This document shows positions 52,977-64,000 of a stretch of DNA of 64,000 nucleotides, piece after piece. The number at the start of each line of letters is the position of its first letter. The first letter of the stretch is position 1. The stretch comes from Lama guanicoe (lineage: Eukaryota). The notes beneath the pieces were generated by a model. That model was not told where the DNA came from. It made no database searches and was given only the letters and a program-made list of their open reading frames with translations. The translations under genes and the position numbers were made by a program. Location: positions 4,391,632-4,455,631 of the forward strand of contig MU054831.1 in the NCBI GenBank assembly GCA_013239625.1. The letters are read 5' to 3'.

Positions 52977-55324
52977 CTAAAGAAAGCAGTCAAGAAAGCG
53001 GCACAGGCTGGGAGAGAATCAGATGAAGGTCACACTAGGACATCACCCACCGCCTTGAGGACAAGAGGACAAGTGGCATCAGTACCCAGATGGCCCAAGA
53101 GGAGCCCGAGAAGCACGAGCCGTGGGGGCAGCTGCCGGGAGGGAGGGACGGATTGCTTCTGGCTGCCAGGCTGCGATCCTCCTAAATCTCAGCTCAGCCA
53201 GCTGAGTACAGCAGGAGCCTCACGCGGGGCCACGTGGGGGAGGCAGGCGCTCACCACAAAGAGCGCAAATGCACCTCCTGTTCTGTAAGTCTGAGGGAAA
53301 GTTTCTGCTGAGAGACCAGGTACAAAAGTCATCAAAACCCTAGGTCCTAAAAGGACTCTCGACCTTAAAATCTAACACGGGGCTTTGAGACCACCAATTC
53401 TAAGCCCCCAGACAACAAACACAGCACCCCTCCCAACATTCCCTGACTAGCCTGTGCTTGGAAGCCTCCATGGAAAGAGGCAGCCAGCTCCAACTGAGAA
53501 GTGCCTTCTCAACTCTGAGTCAAACTTTCCCTAACGCATCTCACTAGTCTGGGTCCTTCTTCTGTTTGCTTCTTGAGAACTGGGTGACACGTCTGCAGGT
53601 TCCCCTTCCAAGTTAAAGATCCTCAAGTGTCTTTCCTGATCTGGTCTTCCATAAGCCACACCAGGAAAGCAGATCAGGCCGCCTGAAGTCTGAAGTGAGA
53701 CAGGTCAGATTCTCAGGACTTGGGATTCTAGTTTGGGAACTAAAATAACCAGAATGACAGATGCAAGTATCTCGGGGCTATGGGTGAGCTGGGGGGCACC
53801 AGGGAGACAAAGCCTGCCTTGCTCAGTCCACCACTCCACCCATGACCGTGCCTGCGTCTAAGGTAGCAGGACTGAAGCTGCAGGAAACAAGTCACAAGTG
53901 TGTATCCCCAAGTCCGAAATCCTGTTACATATATCTTGCAGACCAACCGCTTTTTCTATTGTTTGAAAGCCCCTGCTAATTGGAACAGGAAAGTACAAAG
54001 TGGATAAACGCCCGCCATCCCCCTACCCCTATCAAGTGGCGTCTGAATAATTCGGATCTGATGTAAGAACTAGAGAGGGCAGGAGCTGCATCACAGAGGC
54101 CGGAGGCATTGTTTACAGTCAATTCTCAAGTGTTGGACAGTCAGCAGCGTGGCTGAAAGAAGCCCTTGCGATGACAGGCACAGAGGGCGCGAGGGGACGC
54201 AAGATTCCCTTTGACAAGCGTCCACTGAGATGAATCTGTATTCCACTGGTACCCAAAGACAGCCCACGGGATAACGGGAGTGGTCCTAAGTGTTGACCGA
54301 ATGACTGTTACACTGAGTCATGCAAAATCTCACACCTGCTGGTCACACCGGAGATAGTTACAAAGCGTGGATCTATTCTCAGCATATAGGAAAGCAAGTC
54401 TCCTTTCCCTTTTCCACTCCACCAACTGGAGTGCCTCTTAAAATCATCTTCACGTGTTAGGCAAGGAGAAGCCAGAGGACCCCTTCGTGAGCCCCAGCTG
54501 GCACGCCCTGGTACCGAAGGAGGGAACAGAGATGTCCATCCTCCAGCCCAGGACGCTGCTTTCTTTTGTAAGCTTTCTGAGTCTTTAGATGCACCAGTTT
54601 GAATTGAAAACCAACACTAAAAGGAAATTAACAAGAGATGATAAGAAAACAAAGTGTCAAGATGCATCTTTGCGTTAAAACCAGCCAAACGACTGTATGT
54701 GCGCTAAGATTTTTTAAAGTGTAGAAGCATCTACATTAAGTAAACTAACAGGAGAAAAGAGAACAGATATGAACGCCTACATCAACAGAGACACAGGAGA
54801 AACAATTCCTAAGAACGTAACCCACAGACAAGCAAGTATCATCACCACAGCAGACTCTAATTTGAGCTGAACAAAGCCTGGACCAAAACGATGGCGGGCA
54901 GATGGTCCTTCCTCTCAAAATGATGCAAAGACAGTAATCGCCCTTCTTTTTGCTAATCTGTTGACCTTAATACCAATTCTGTTCATCACCTGGGGATACA
55001 ACTGCAGCTGTACACACTTCATCTCAACCACTGTCCTAAATAAATAAAACCTGTTCTTTTTCATTATTTTTCCCATTGTGTCATTTTAAATGAATATAAT
55101 TTTTCAAATAATTACAGAAAAGAATAACAATAGTCTAAAGGAGAGTTCCCATCAAAAACAAAAACTGTGCCAAAAAAAAAGAAAAGCAAAAACAAAAAAA
55201 CCTCGTGGAAACCATAACATCCTTTTAATGCTTGACACTGGCATTAGTCATACAGATCTAAGGAAAAGGAATGACTTGTTATGAGTTAACTATAGAAATC
55301 CCAACCATCTTGCTGGTGGAGAAT

Positions 55325-55820
55325 CTCCTCTTTTCTACCTGGCAAACTCCTACTGATCCTGTAAGACCCAGATCATTTATCCCTCCTTGAGGCTTTCATT
55401 AACTCCTTCCCCTGCTCAAGGAAATTTGCTCTTTTTTTTAATCTCCCCCTACCTCCTCTCAATTCCTCCAACATTACAAGCTTATGTGCCAAGCAAGTGC
55501 ATTTAATTCCTCAATACAAGGAGGAATGCTACAGGGTTCATTCATGCCCAGGAGGGACTCACTGACTGTCAGACCTGGCTGACATGTAAATGCGATTACT
55601 GCTACACACCAGGACTAGTGCTCCAATGGCGGTGCGCTGTGCAGAGAAATACAGCCACACCTTCCTCTAAGTAACCCATGAAGCTGTGATCCACTGTGCT
55701 CCACCTGCCCCAACAGGCTCCAGACCTACGAGATCAGGAACTGTGCCTTAGTATATACCCCAGCTCTCAGCTCCTGCTGCAGAACATACCACAGAAACTC
55801 AATAAGTGCCTATTAAGGCA
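55325..55820 (+). mobile_element. L2 fragments
   Basis: ctacctggcaaactcctactgatcctgtaagacccag; caggaactgtgcctt...aactcaataagtgcctatt. Confidence 0.5.
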
Positions 55821-57524
55821 ACAGAAAAACAACTAAAAATACACATTGTCATATCAGCGCTGTATAGCTGGGCTTGAGACTTCCAAGTAAAAGTATTTAC
55901 TTGTGTAACCAACCAGATGGCTGCAATGGGCCCACGCTAAAACTGGAGGACTTTTTTTTAGTAGATGTACTTTTGAACATTCCTTTGGGGACAGGATATT
56001 CCAAGCCCAGGCTGACATAAAGAAAGATGCTAACAGGTGAATATGCTGAAACACGGGCTCCAACTTGATAAAATAAACATGGCAAGGCATAGTCCAAGCT
56101 CCCCACGCCGGCTCAGAGGGTCTCTGGCTGACCAGAGCAGCTCTGCCCGCATCCCAAGAGGGCTGCTCTGTCTCCAGAAAAACAGCTCAACCTTTTAACA
56201 AAAAGAATGGGGATTTTCCTAAATTACTACCTGGAGTCATTTATTTTAAAAAAAACAAAAGTGAATTTCAAAACCCTGAATATATAATTAACTCAAAATG
56301 TCTCAAATGAGAAACTCTGAGCTACATCCTTTCATCTTTTTTTTTTAACATCCTTTCTTTGAAACCCCTTATGTCCTTCTTAGCAACAAATCAAGCTTAG
56401 AAATAAAAATGTATCAAGTTATTTCGGTCATTTCACTGCTGCTTCCTCTCGCCACTGAAGTTTTTTTTTTTAAACTATAAAACAGTCTATCATGCTACAC
56501 AAATTGAGTGATACAAATTAAGGGAATCAAAAACTAAAGAACAAAACCACTCATAGAAATGTGCTGTCAAAAATCAGTTGTAAATTACTAATTTAAAAAG
56601 CTAACCTCAGTCAGGGCTATCAGTGAATCACTTTATTGCTGTAATCAGTCCTCCTGGACAGTAGCAGAACACCCTGAAAAGCACACGCAGTCCTGGACTG
56701 GCATTGCCTGCAGCTGGTTCCAAGCAGGGTCAGCAGGCTGGCCGGATGCAGGGGGCACGTGCCAGAGAGTGACAGCCTACAGTGTAACTGATCACTTATT
56801 TGTCTTTCTTTGCATTAAATTATACTTGTGTCAACAGACTCTGCCCTAAGACATGCGTATCAGGTAACAGAAAGCGGCCCTTGATTTGACATAAGGCCTC
56901 TATGAAACATTCTAGGGCTTGCTAACAATTACAAACCTTACAGCGAGCAGCAGCCCTGGAACTCTGAGAGGCACCTGTTAGACATCACAGGTGAGGAAGA
57001 GGAGATGCCCCAACAGACGAGAACCAATGGGGCTTAAAGAGCATGAGACAATCATCCAACAAAGGTAGGAGCTTCAATCCCTTCCTCCTAATGCCCTGAA
57101 TTAGGATTACAAGAAACCCAGAGATACGTGCTGAGGGCACCTGTGATTCTCTAATAAGACCCCAACCATCTTGCAAAGGTACCTGTCTAAGACTACGCAT
57201 CACTTCTAAGGAGAGGCCAAGTACACCATATAATGTAACAATGAATTAGTCTGTTACTCTCCTGTAGTCAGTTCAAATATTTAACAGCTGAGTGTAACAG
57301 TCTTTGCTGTACACCTGAAGCTAGCATTGTAAGTAAACCACATTTCAATACATTTTTTTAAAATTTTAACAGCCGTGAAGAGTCTAATGCAAGGAAAACC
57401 AGCCCCAGATGATGTTTCCTCTAACCCCCTTCAGACTTGAAAGGATGTCTAATTCTGAGACACTGTAAAGGCTGAGATTTAAAGAAAGCAAGCGATATCG
57501 CTCATGGCATGTATCACAAGTCTG

Positions 57525-57800
57525 CAACAGCTTACGTGTAACTCTGAAATCCAGAAAGGTCCGAAAACGGAAGCTTTATTCACAAGTGTTTAGCAGCCTC
57601 TTGGTGGCAAAACACATCTGTCATACTGAGTGCGAGTGTCTCAGGCTTTGCCACATTTTGTGAGAGTCTGATTACAGGGTGGTGCTGCCAGACCGCACAG
57701 GCAGTGTTCCGTCACACACACCTTTACCTTCCTAAAACCCAGACTGTCCAAGTCCTGCAAACCCACCCGGCCCCACGGTTGAAGGCTCTGGGGACCTACA
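57525..57800 (-). mobile_element. MER46C-like TcMar-Tigger element
   Basis: ctgaaatccagaaag...gaaaacggaag...ggtggcaaaac...tgattacagggtggtgctgccagacc...taccttcctaaaaccc...ggcccc resembles the reverse complement of the recalled MER46C. Confidence 0.65.
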
Positions 57801-59999
57801 CCCTACAGACATTCACAGGGAAAGTGAGCTTTGGTTCCACTGCACCTGAATGTTACCTGACAGAACTGCACCCTGAACTCAAGACCTCACTTAAACAGCA
57901 CCTCAACTTTGAGTACTCCACGTCCTAGGAAGCGATTACATAAAACGTGGAAAGCAGATGATAGACTGGGAAGACCTGAAGCCGTGGGGCTGCAGCCTTT
58001 ACCTGTAATAGATACTGGCCTTACAAAAATCTTGAGAACACCGACATTTCAGGCATTTTAGCCAAAGGCAGGTGAAGGGGGTAGTTTTGCGATTACCTAG
58101 AACTTTAGAATAAAGGAAGGCCCTGGGGTTCAGACTGTGCCGTAACCTACCTTGTTATCACTCGGTTTTTCTCCACAACCCACGTTGTTACCGTTACGTC
58201 AGACACCAGACTAATTCCACCCTGACAAGGACCAGCCACAGGGGACAAACCAACCCAGTATTATTTTAATTATTGCTATTAGTATCATCACATACTGCCC
58301 TAGAGGGCAAAATTCCAATACACTTCACACCTTTACCATTCCAAATCCACCATCAATCCATCTGACAGGAAACACCCAAACCCCAATGCTTTTAACCTGA
58401 ATCAGCGATGACCACAGGGAACCACTCTCCTCCTAAGCAGCTCTGTGCCGTCTCCCTCTCCCGCTCTCTGAGCTGTATTTGTCCGGAACCCAGGCAGCTA
58501 ATTACTATTTTCGACAAAGCCCATGAGAACAAAGATGCAAGCCTGCTATTACAGGAAGCACTGCTGCCTGCCTATCTGAACTTCCCCCGAATGCAAGTGA
58601 CGGCAGCGGCCACTTCATACAAGCCCTGTATCTTAACAAAATAACGCACATTAGTTTTAAAAAAATATTTTAAGAGCATATGAGAAGAGATGGAATAATG
58701 GTTGGAGTCAAGCACAGCGCCTTCTAAAGTAAGTATTCCAAGGCAGGTTAAAACAAGATGTGTGCAGCAAGTTAAACTAATTCACGCCAGGCAACAGAGA
58801 ACGTTGTTACATCCTCATTAATGAACTCAGATTTTAAACACTATCTGCACATTCAACTGCTTTCTTTCAAATACTTTCTGTCCAATTCTGAGGATCAGTG
58901 GGGGCACACTGGAACATGACATCATCTGTCTTCAGTTTAACCTTTAAAGTACTTCAGTGAGGTCAGTGGTTTCTTTGTATTGGCTGGTTTTAACACACAG
59001 CTTTGGCAGTCGGTTCACCTGTAAGGTCCACTAAGGAGGCACTCACTCTCCAGGGCTGGTGAGTTAGCAGCTGAAAATCTTCAACTAAAAGCCCACACTG
59101 CGTGTTTCAACGGCCTTAATCTCTATCATCAGAGGAGTTTTGGTAACTAGCAGAAGGTGCAGTTACTAACGGTTTTTCAGTGGTGAGCTAAGCGCACCTG
59201 GACAGTGTCTTTAGGCACCACCCCCCACCCCTCCCCGTGAGATGGGTGTAACCATCCAGCCCACTGCCTGCCCTGGCCGCTTTCCTTCAGGGTGATGCCC
59301 ACGTGTGCAGAGAGAAGGGGTTTGTGTTTCAAGTTTCTGGAGAATTCTGAGCCCCAAGCAACTTCCAGAAGGTTAGCGGATATTACCACATCTGCCTCCA
59401 GAACTCCCTGCGAGGTGCCTGTTGGAGGGCACCAGAGAACAGAGATCCCAGGGCAGGCTGTGTGCCCTGTATGCCAGAACTCATCACTAGGAAGCAGAAC
59501 CCGGTCCTAGGGGAGCTGCCACCACCCGACACCGGTGTGCAGGGAGGGCTATCTCTGACCACTGGGGTGAACCCTCTTTCTCAGGCGCTCAAAAGATGAG
59601 AGCAGCCAAATCAGCGGGGCCACATCCCAGCACTCACAGATGGCAGCGCCTACAGGGAGACCAGGCTTGGGGGGTGGGGGGAAGGGAATTAAGATGAGAA
59701 ATTAACCAAGATGAATGTCCTTCTCCCAGCCAGGCAGCACCACCTGTGCAGCATCTTCAGGGGCCCAGCCCCGGCCCCTGCTGCAGCCCCCAGGTGTCAC
59801 AGCCGGCAAGCACGCAGTGCAGCAGCAAGCTCAGGAGCATGCTGCGCCAGTACCTGCGGGAGAAAGCACCGCTTGGCAAGGTGATCTCTCCCTAGACAGG
59901 CTTCAGTGGCTGGGGTGACAGGCCCTGAAAGATACCCAGCACACACAGCTGGGAGCAGGGACAGTCAATCACTTCCAGACCTGCAGCACGACTGAGGGA

Positions 60000-61800
60000 A
60001 AAACCGCAGTACCGGAATTCGCATCCAGCACGGCCACTTGCCGACTGATGACCTGGTAGGGCGGGTCCTTTGGCTGCTCCCAAGTCCCAGCGCGCTCTGC
60101 CAAGCAGGCCGCCGCGGAGCCCGGCCGGTTCCCATCACCGCCCTCCCCTCTCCGGGCGCGCTGCCCACCTCTGCGCGGAGACCCGTCGATGCTCTCGGCG
60201 CTGGACGAGTGCGCGTCGGCTGGGGCCCGACGCAGGCTGCTGAAGTAGCCGCGCGGACGCGAGGCGCCGCTCCGCGGGGAAGGACCGCCACCGGGCGCGC
60301 CATCCCTGCGCGCGAAAATGCCGCTGAAGAAGCGCAGCAGCCGGTGCTCCGACGCCGCGCCAGGGCCCGCGGCCGCCGCCCGCGCGCGCTCCAGCCGCTG
60401 CAGGTCGCTGTTGTCCAGCGTGCGGTTCTTGCTTTTGCTGCGCTCCCAGCGCTCGAGGTCCGAGAGCCCATCGTTCTTGCTGAGCACCTCGCCCACGTCC
60501 AGGGTGTTGCGCTTCTCTGAGGCGGGTTGCGCGGAGGCCGCGGGCTCCAGGGCGGCCCCGAGGTCAGCCACAGCCTCGCCGCCCGGCGCCCAAGCCAGGC
60601 TCCCGGAGCTGCTATGGCGCCTCCCGCGGCCCAGAGACCGGTCCCGCGGCGCCTCTGGTCCGCTCCAGTGCCTGAAGCTAAGGCTCCGCCGCAAGGGCGC
60701 GGCCCGGACCCCCTCCACGTCGGGGCTGCCGGACGCGGGCGAGCCAGGCCCCTCCTCCCCAGCCGCGGGGCTGCCGGCCAGGTCCGCGGGCTCCGGGCCG
60801 CGTGCGCAAGGCCGGAGCCGCCCGAGCTCCAGCTGCCCGGTGCTGCGGGTGCGGAAGGTGCGGAAGTCCCAGGCGCGCGGCTGGAGGCCCTCCGAATCCT
60901 CCGCGTCCGCCGCCTCCTCGGCCTCCTCCACGAGCCGCCCGGGCGCGTCCGGGGAGCGCGCGGGCCGGGGCCTCCGAGCCTGTCGAGGGTCGGGACCGCC
61001 AGGACCCGGCGCGCCCAGCTGTTCCTTCCTAACCATGGTCACGGAGATGCGGTAGACGGTCCTCCTGGGGGGCGTACCGCGCGGCATCGCGTCCGCGGGC
61101 GGAGACGCGGGTTCGCCGCTGCCGTCCAGCAGGTACATGTCGCCCGGGGCCGCAGCCGCCGCGCCGCCCGCCAGGGCTCCGCTGCATCCGCGGGCCGGGC
61201 CGCACGATCGGGGCGGGCGCCGGGCGAGGCGGGGAGGGCGGGAGCGCCCGGAGTGGGCCCACGCCCCCCGCTCTCCGCGAAGGCTGCGCTCAGGCTGCGG
61301 GGACGGCGCCCCTGGCGCCCGCCGGCCCGTGCGCCGTGCGGCCCGAGTGCGGGGGTCCGGGCCCGGGGCGCCGAGCCATGGGCCGACGGGGCCGAGTGGG
61401 CGGAGCGGCGGGCGGGCAGTCAGGCGTGGGGACGGTCTCGCCGGCAGGTGCGGTCGCGGCGCGCAGGGCCCGGGGCGGGCGGCGGCGCCCGCGGCTTCAT
61501 TGTCTACGGCGCGGACTCCGCTCGCATCCTCGGGCCTTTTTTGCACAGTTCGGCGGCTCCGCAGCCTTCGCCACTCCCTGGATTCGGGACGCGCGGGCAG
61601 CTGCGCCGGCCGCGGGCTGGGGGCGGGCGGGCGGCGGTTTCAAATGGAAATGCGCGCCGGGGCGGGGCGGGGGCCGACGTGCAGGGACCAGGCTCCGCGG
61701 ACAGGCCTAAGCGCCGGGGTGGATCGCCAACGCACGAACCGGAGCCTCCGTAGGATGGGCGGTGGGGGCTTGCGCCCCGCCTGAACCGACACTCTGGAGC
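60000..61800. promoter_or_regulatory. CpG island / internal promoter for the alternative first exon
   Basis: Very high GC and dense CpG over ~1.8 kb. Tandem GC boxes ggggcggggcggggg at ~61659-61673. TATA-like CATATAAA on the minus strand at ~61851-61858. Confidence 0.9.
60169..61138 (-). CDS. AGAP1: Coding part of an alternative first exon of AGAP1: ~323-aa PIKE-L-like N-terminal extension (alternative ATG at 61087, MPRGTPPRR...)
   Basis: Lies within ORF 59969..61546. ATG at 61138 (ggcgacATG). Donor GAG|GTGGGC at 60168 in phase 1 joins exon 2 as ...GSPRR-D-AFVNSQEW. Motifs RRTVYRISVTMVRKE, KSKNRTLDNSDL and RLLRFFSGIF resemble recalled AGAP2/PIKE-L motifs. Confidence 0.85.
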
Positions 61801-62221
61801 TTGGCTTGCAAAAGTGAACAAAATATGCGTCGTCTCTGACCCGCTAAGGGTTTATATGAAGCATCTCTCCTAATCAAGGAGCTCTGAAGAATATGCAACC
61901 CAAGCGACCTGTTTTAAAAAGCAAGGTACCTTTGGTACTTGTTGTCCTAACTTTACAAGAGGAGCAAGTGCACTCCCAGGAAGGAGAGAACAAAGACTGG
62001 GGAGGCAGCATCGCCGTAATGGCGGTCCTGTTCACACCAGTGCCCTCCGAATGAAGGATTGTGCAGCTTCACTCCTAGTACACTATTTTGGAGTCTTTCT
62101 GCAACGTGTGTGGGAAAACTCCTGACAGACAGGCATTTGCTGCCCGAGATGCAAGCGGGAGAAGACAATGGTTAAGAGAAAAAAGAAGGCTGGCCTCTCC
62201 CAGACCTGCATATCCACTTGC

Positions 62222-62350
62222 CAGAGGGCTCAGTTTTTACACCTGTAAAGTGGGGGTGGACACCACAAACAGCACCTAAACTCTGAGCATTCTTGTAGGA
62301 CTGAACTCGTTCAGAGACTATAGGCAGGCATTCTGCGTGCTAAATACCAT
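62222..62350 (+). mobile_element. MIR fragment
   Basis: ctcagtttttacacctgtaaagtgggg...cacct...ttgtaggactgaa. Confidence 0.55.
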
Positions 62351-62421
62351 TAATATTTAATGTTGATTTCTCTTCCATCATATTTTCCCACTTGCTATAC
62401 CTCTTGGCTCTACAGATACTC

Positions 62422-62518
62422 GTTGGTTGGTTTGTTTTAATGGGAATACTGGGGATTGAACCCCGGACCTCGTGCATGCTAAGCACACACTCTACCACTG
62501 AGCTCTACCCCACACCCC
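62422..62518 (-). mobile_element. tRNA-derived SINE (Vic-1-like)
   Basis: tactggggattgaaccccggacctcgtgcatgctaagcacacactctaccactgagctc. Confidence 0.9.
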
Positions 62519-63014
62519 TATAGGTGCTGGTTCTAGATATCTGATGCAGCACAATATTCACATAGTCGATCAACATACTCGTTCTTCATGATGTCATGAA
62601 CATAGACCTCCTGGGTTTGCTGGTTTAAAAGTTTCAGAAGGAAAATGTCATAAATACAATGTCCACTCATCAAACCAGATGCTTTTCTGCAGCCTTCTCT
62701 AGGCCTGGAAATACCAAGACTGTGGAGAAGCTGTTTCTAGGAAACGTGCTCGTGGCCAGGCCGGGCGCTACTCGGGGATTAGACGACTGTGTGTAAGAGT
62801 TGTTTCCCTTCTTTCATCTTTTAGCAATTATGGGGCACCTACTGTGTTCATGGCATTGACGAGGAAATAGAGATGAATCATGAGGTCTCTTAGGAAGAAG
62901 ATTATAACCTAGTAGATCTGGGTTGTACCTCAGGGTGAAATAAAATACTCAGATTTAATGAGATAAACTGAATCAACCAGCAGTCTTTCTGGTTTATTTT
63001 TAAAAAGATACTTT

Positions 63015-63346
63015 AGAGCATAGTGGGTTTTTAGGGCCATGAAAGATACTCTGTATGATACAATAGTGATGGTATGTGTCATTATACATTTGCCCAAACC
63101 CACAGAATACGCGACACCAAGAGTGAACCCTAATGTAAACAATGGACGTTGGGTGACGATGACGGGTCAATGTAGATTCGTAAGTTGTAACAAATGTACC
63201 ATCGGGTGGGGGGTGCCGATAGTGCAGGAGGCTGTGCATATATGGGGGTGGTGAGACGCAGGGGTATATGGGAATTCTCTGTACCTTCTGTTCAGTATTA
63301 CTCTGAACCAAATACTACTCTAAAAAATAAAGTCTATTGTTTAAAA
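63015..63346 (+). mobile_element. L1MC-type LINE-1 3' UTR fragment
   Basis: tactctgtatgatac...cattatacatttgcccaaacccacagaat...gagtgaaccctaatgtaaac...gtaacaaatgtacc...tatatgggaattctctgtac...ctctaaaaaataaagtctatt. Confidence 0.85.
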
Positions 63347-63624
63347 GTACTTAAAACACATTTGAGCACCCTCAGTGGCTCCACCTGGACAACATGATTG
63401 CCACCATCACAGGGTCACAAGTTCAGTTCACCTGTTCTTGACACTAAAGAGTTCAGGAGTAGTGCCTTTGACATGTCCTCACTGCAAAGGTGGAGACCCC
63501 TGGGACAGATCAATATTACCTTTTGAGTTTCAATAAAAAGTTAAGACCCACAAAAGACCAAACTTCTAGAGTGCTGCCAGGCAGTAATCACCTATCCGAA
63601 TGAAGTTTCTAGAACCCATCGTGT

Positions 63625-63725
63625 TAGGGGGATGTGGAGACCCAGAGAGGGTGGGTACTTTCCCCAAGGCTACACAGCTCATCGCTGAGAGCTAAATCTG
63701 GGGTCACACTTTCTGTGCCCATTTC
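63625..63725 (-). mobile_element. MIR fragment
   Basis: gagacccagagagggg...cccaaggctacacagct. Confidence 0.5.
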
Positions 63726-63844
63726 CATGCACCAGCATCATTTCTTTTGTCAACATTCTGTGAGAAACGAATGTGTGACTGTTGCCAAATCTGACACTCA
63801 CTGAACTCAAATGATTCCCAACATCTTGGCAAATTTTCGTTTAT

Positions 63845-63945
63845 TTTTCCATTTGTTCATTTATTCATGAAATATACACTGAGTACCTATTGTGACCCTC
63901 CAAAGTGAGGGTTTCTCTGTCCTCAAAGAATTCACAAACCTGTGA
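63845..63945 (-). mobile_element. L2 3' end
   Basis: tttgttcatttattcatgaaatatacactgagtacctattgtg...tcctcaaagaattcaca. Confidence 0.55.
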
Positions 63946-64000
63946 AAAATGCTGTAGTTCTCAAGGCCACGTGACTTAACAAAGCCCGAGAGGGAGGTGA

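Larger units (their letters stand above)
1..64000 (-). other. AGAP1: AGAP1 gene body (partial): alternative first exon, exons 2-4 and large introns; canonical exon 1 and exon 5 onward lie outside the window
   Basis: Spliced minus-strand exons translate to [78 protein letters not shown], matching the recalled AGAP1 GTPase-like domain. All junctions are GT-AG and phase-compatible. Confidence 0.95.

Noticed and set aside
59969-60168. C-terminal part of the 525-aa ORF as coding (single-exon gene)
   Set aside because: Lies beyond the phase-compatible donor at 60168 and has no recognisable motifs; best explained as intron read-through.
60038-61784. Long plus-strand ORFs (408, 245, 215 and 160 aa) over the CpG island
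   Set aside because: Antisense to the real exon, low-complexity R/G/A/P composition, and expected from stop-codon scarcity at very high GC.
1-64000. Ortholog of the HACNS1/HAR2 enhancer known in an AGAP1 intron
   Set aside because: Recalled to lie further 3' in the gene than exons 2-4; I cannot identify it here without alignment.
1-64000. CRISPR arrays, prokaryotic operons or defence systems
   Set aside because: The sequence is clearly mammalian intron/exon DNA and no regularly spaced repeat-spacer array was seen.

Overview
Mammalian, GC-rich genomic window lying inside the 5' part of AGAP1 (centaurin-gamma2, ArfGAP with GTPase-like, ankyrin and PH domains), transcribed on the minus strand. 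The tRNA-derived Vic-1-type SINEs point to a camelid (inference). Three constitutive coding exons of the GTPase-like domain are recognisable with exact splice sites: 32339-32397, 26072-26159 and 3607-3692. The canonical first exon (MNYQQQ...) and exon 5 onward are not in the window. Main results: (1) a CpG-island alternative first exon (CDS about 61138-60169) encoding a ~323-aa disordered N-terminus. It shares three motifs with the PIKE-L N-terminus of the paralog AGAP2 and splices in phase onto exon 2. (2) A 12-nt microexon (25358-25369) that inserts DMDA into the switch-I region. (3) A candidate 27-nt in-frame microexon (52950-52976). (4) Several smaller signals: uORFs, an in-frame alternative acceptor, a 26-bp hairpin, inverted SINEs and a probable assembly artefact. 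The rest is intron containing SINE, MIR, L1, L2, MaLR and DNA-transposon relics. Protein and repeat-family identifications are from recalled sequences, not from a database search.
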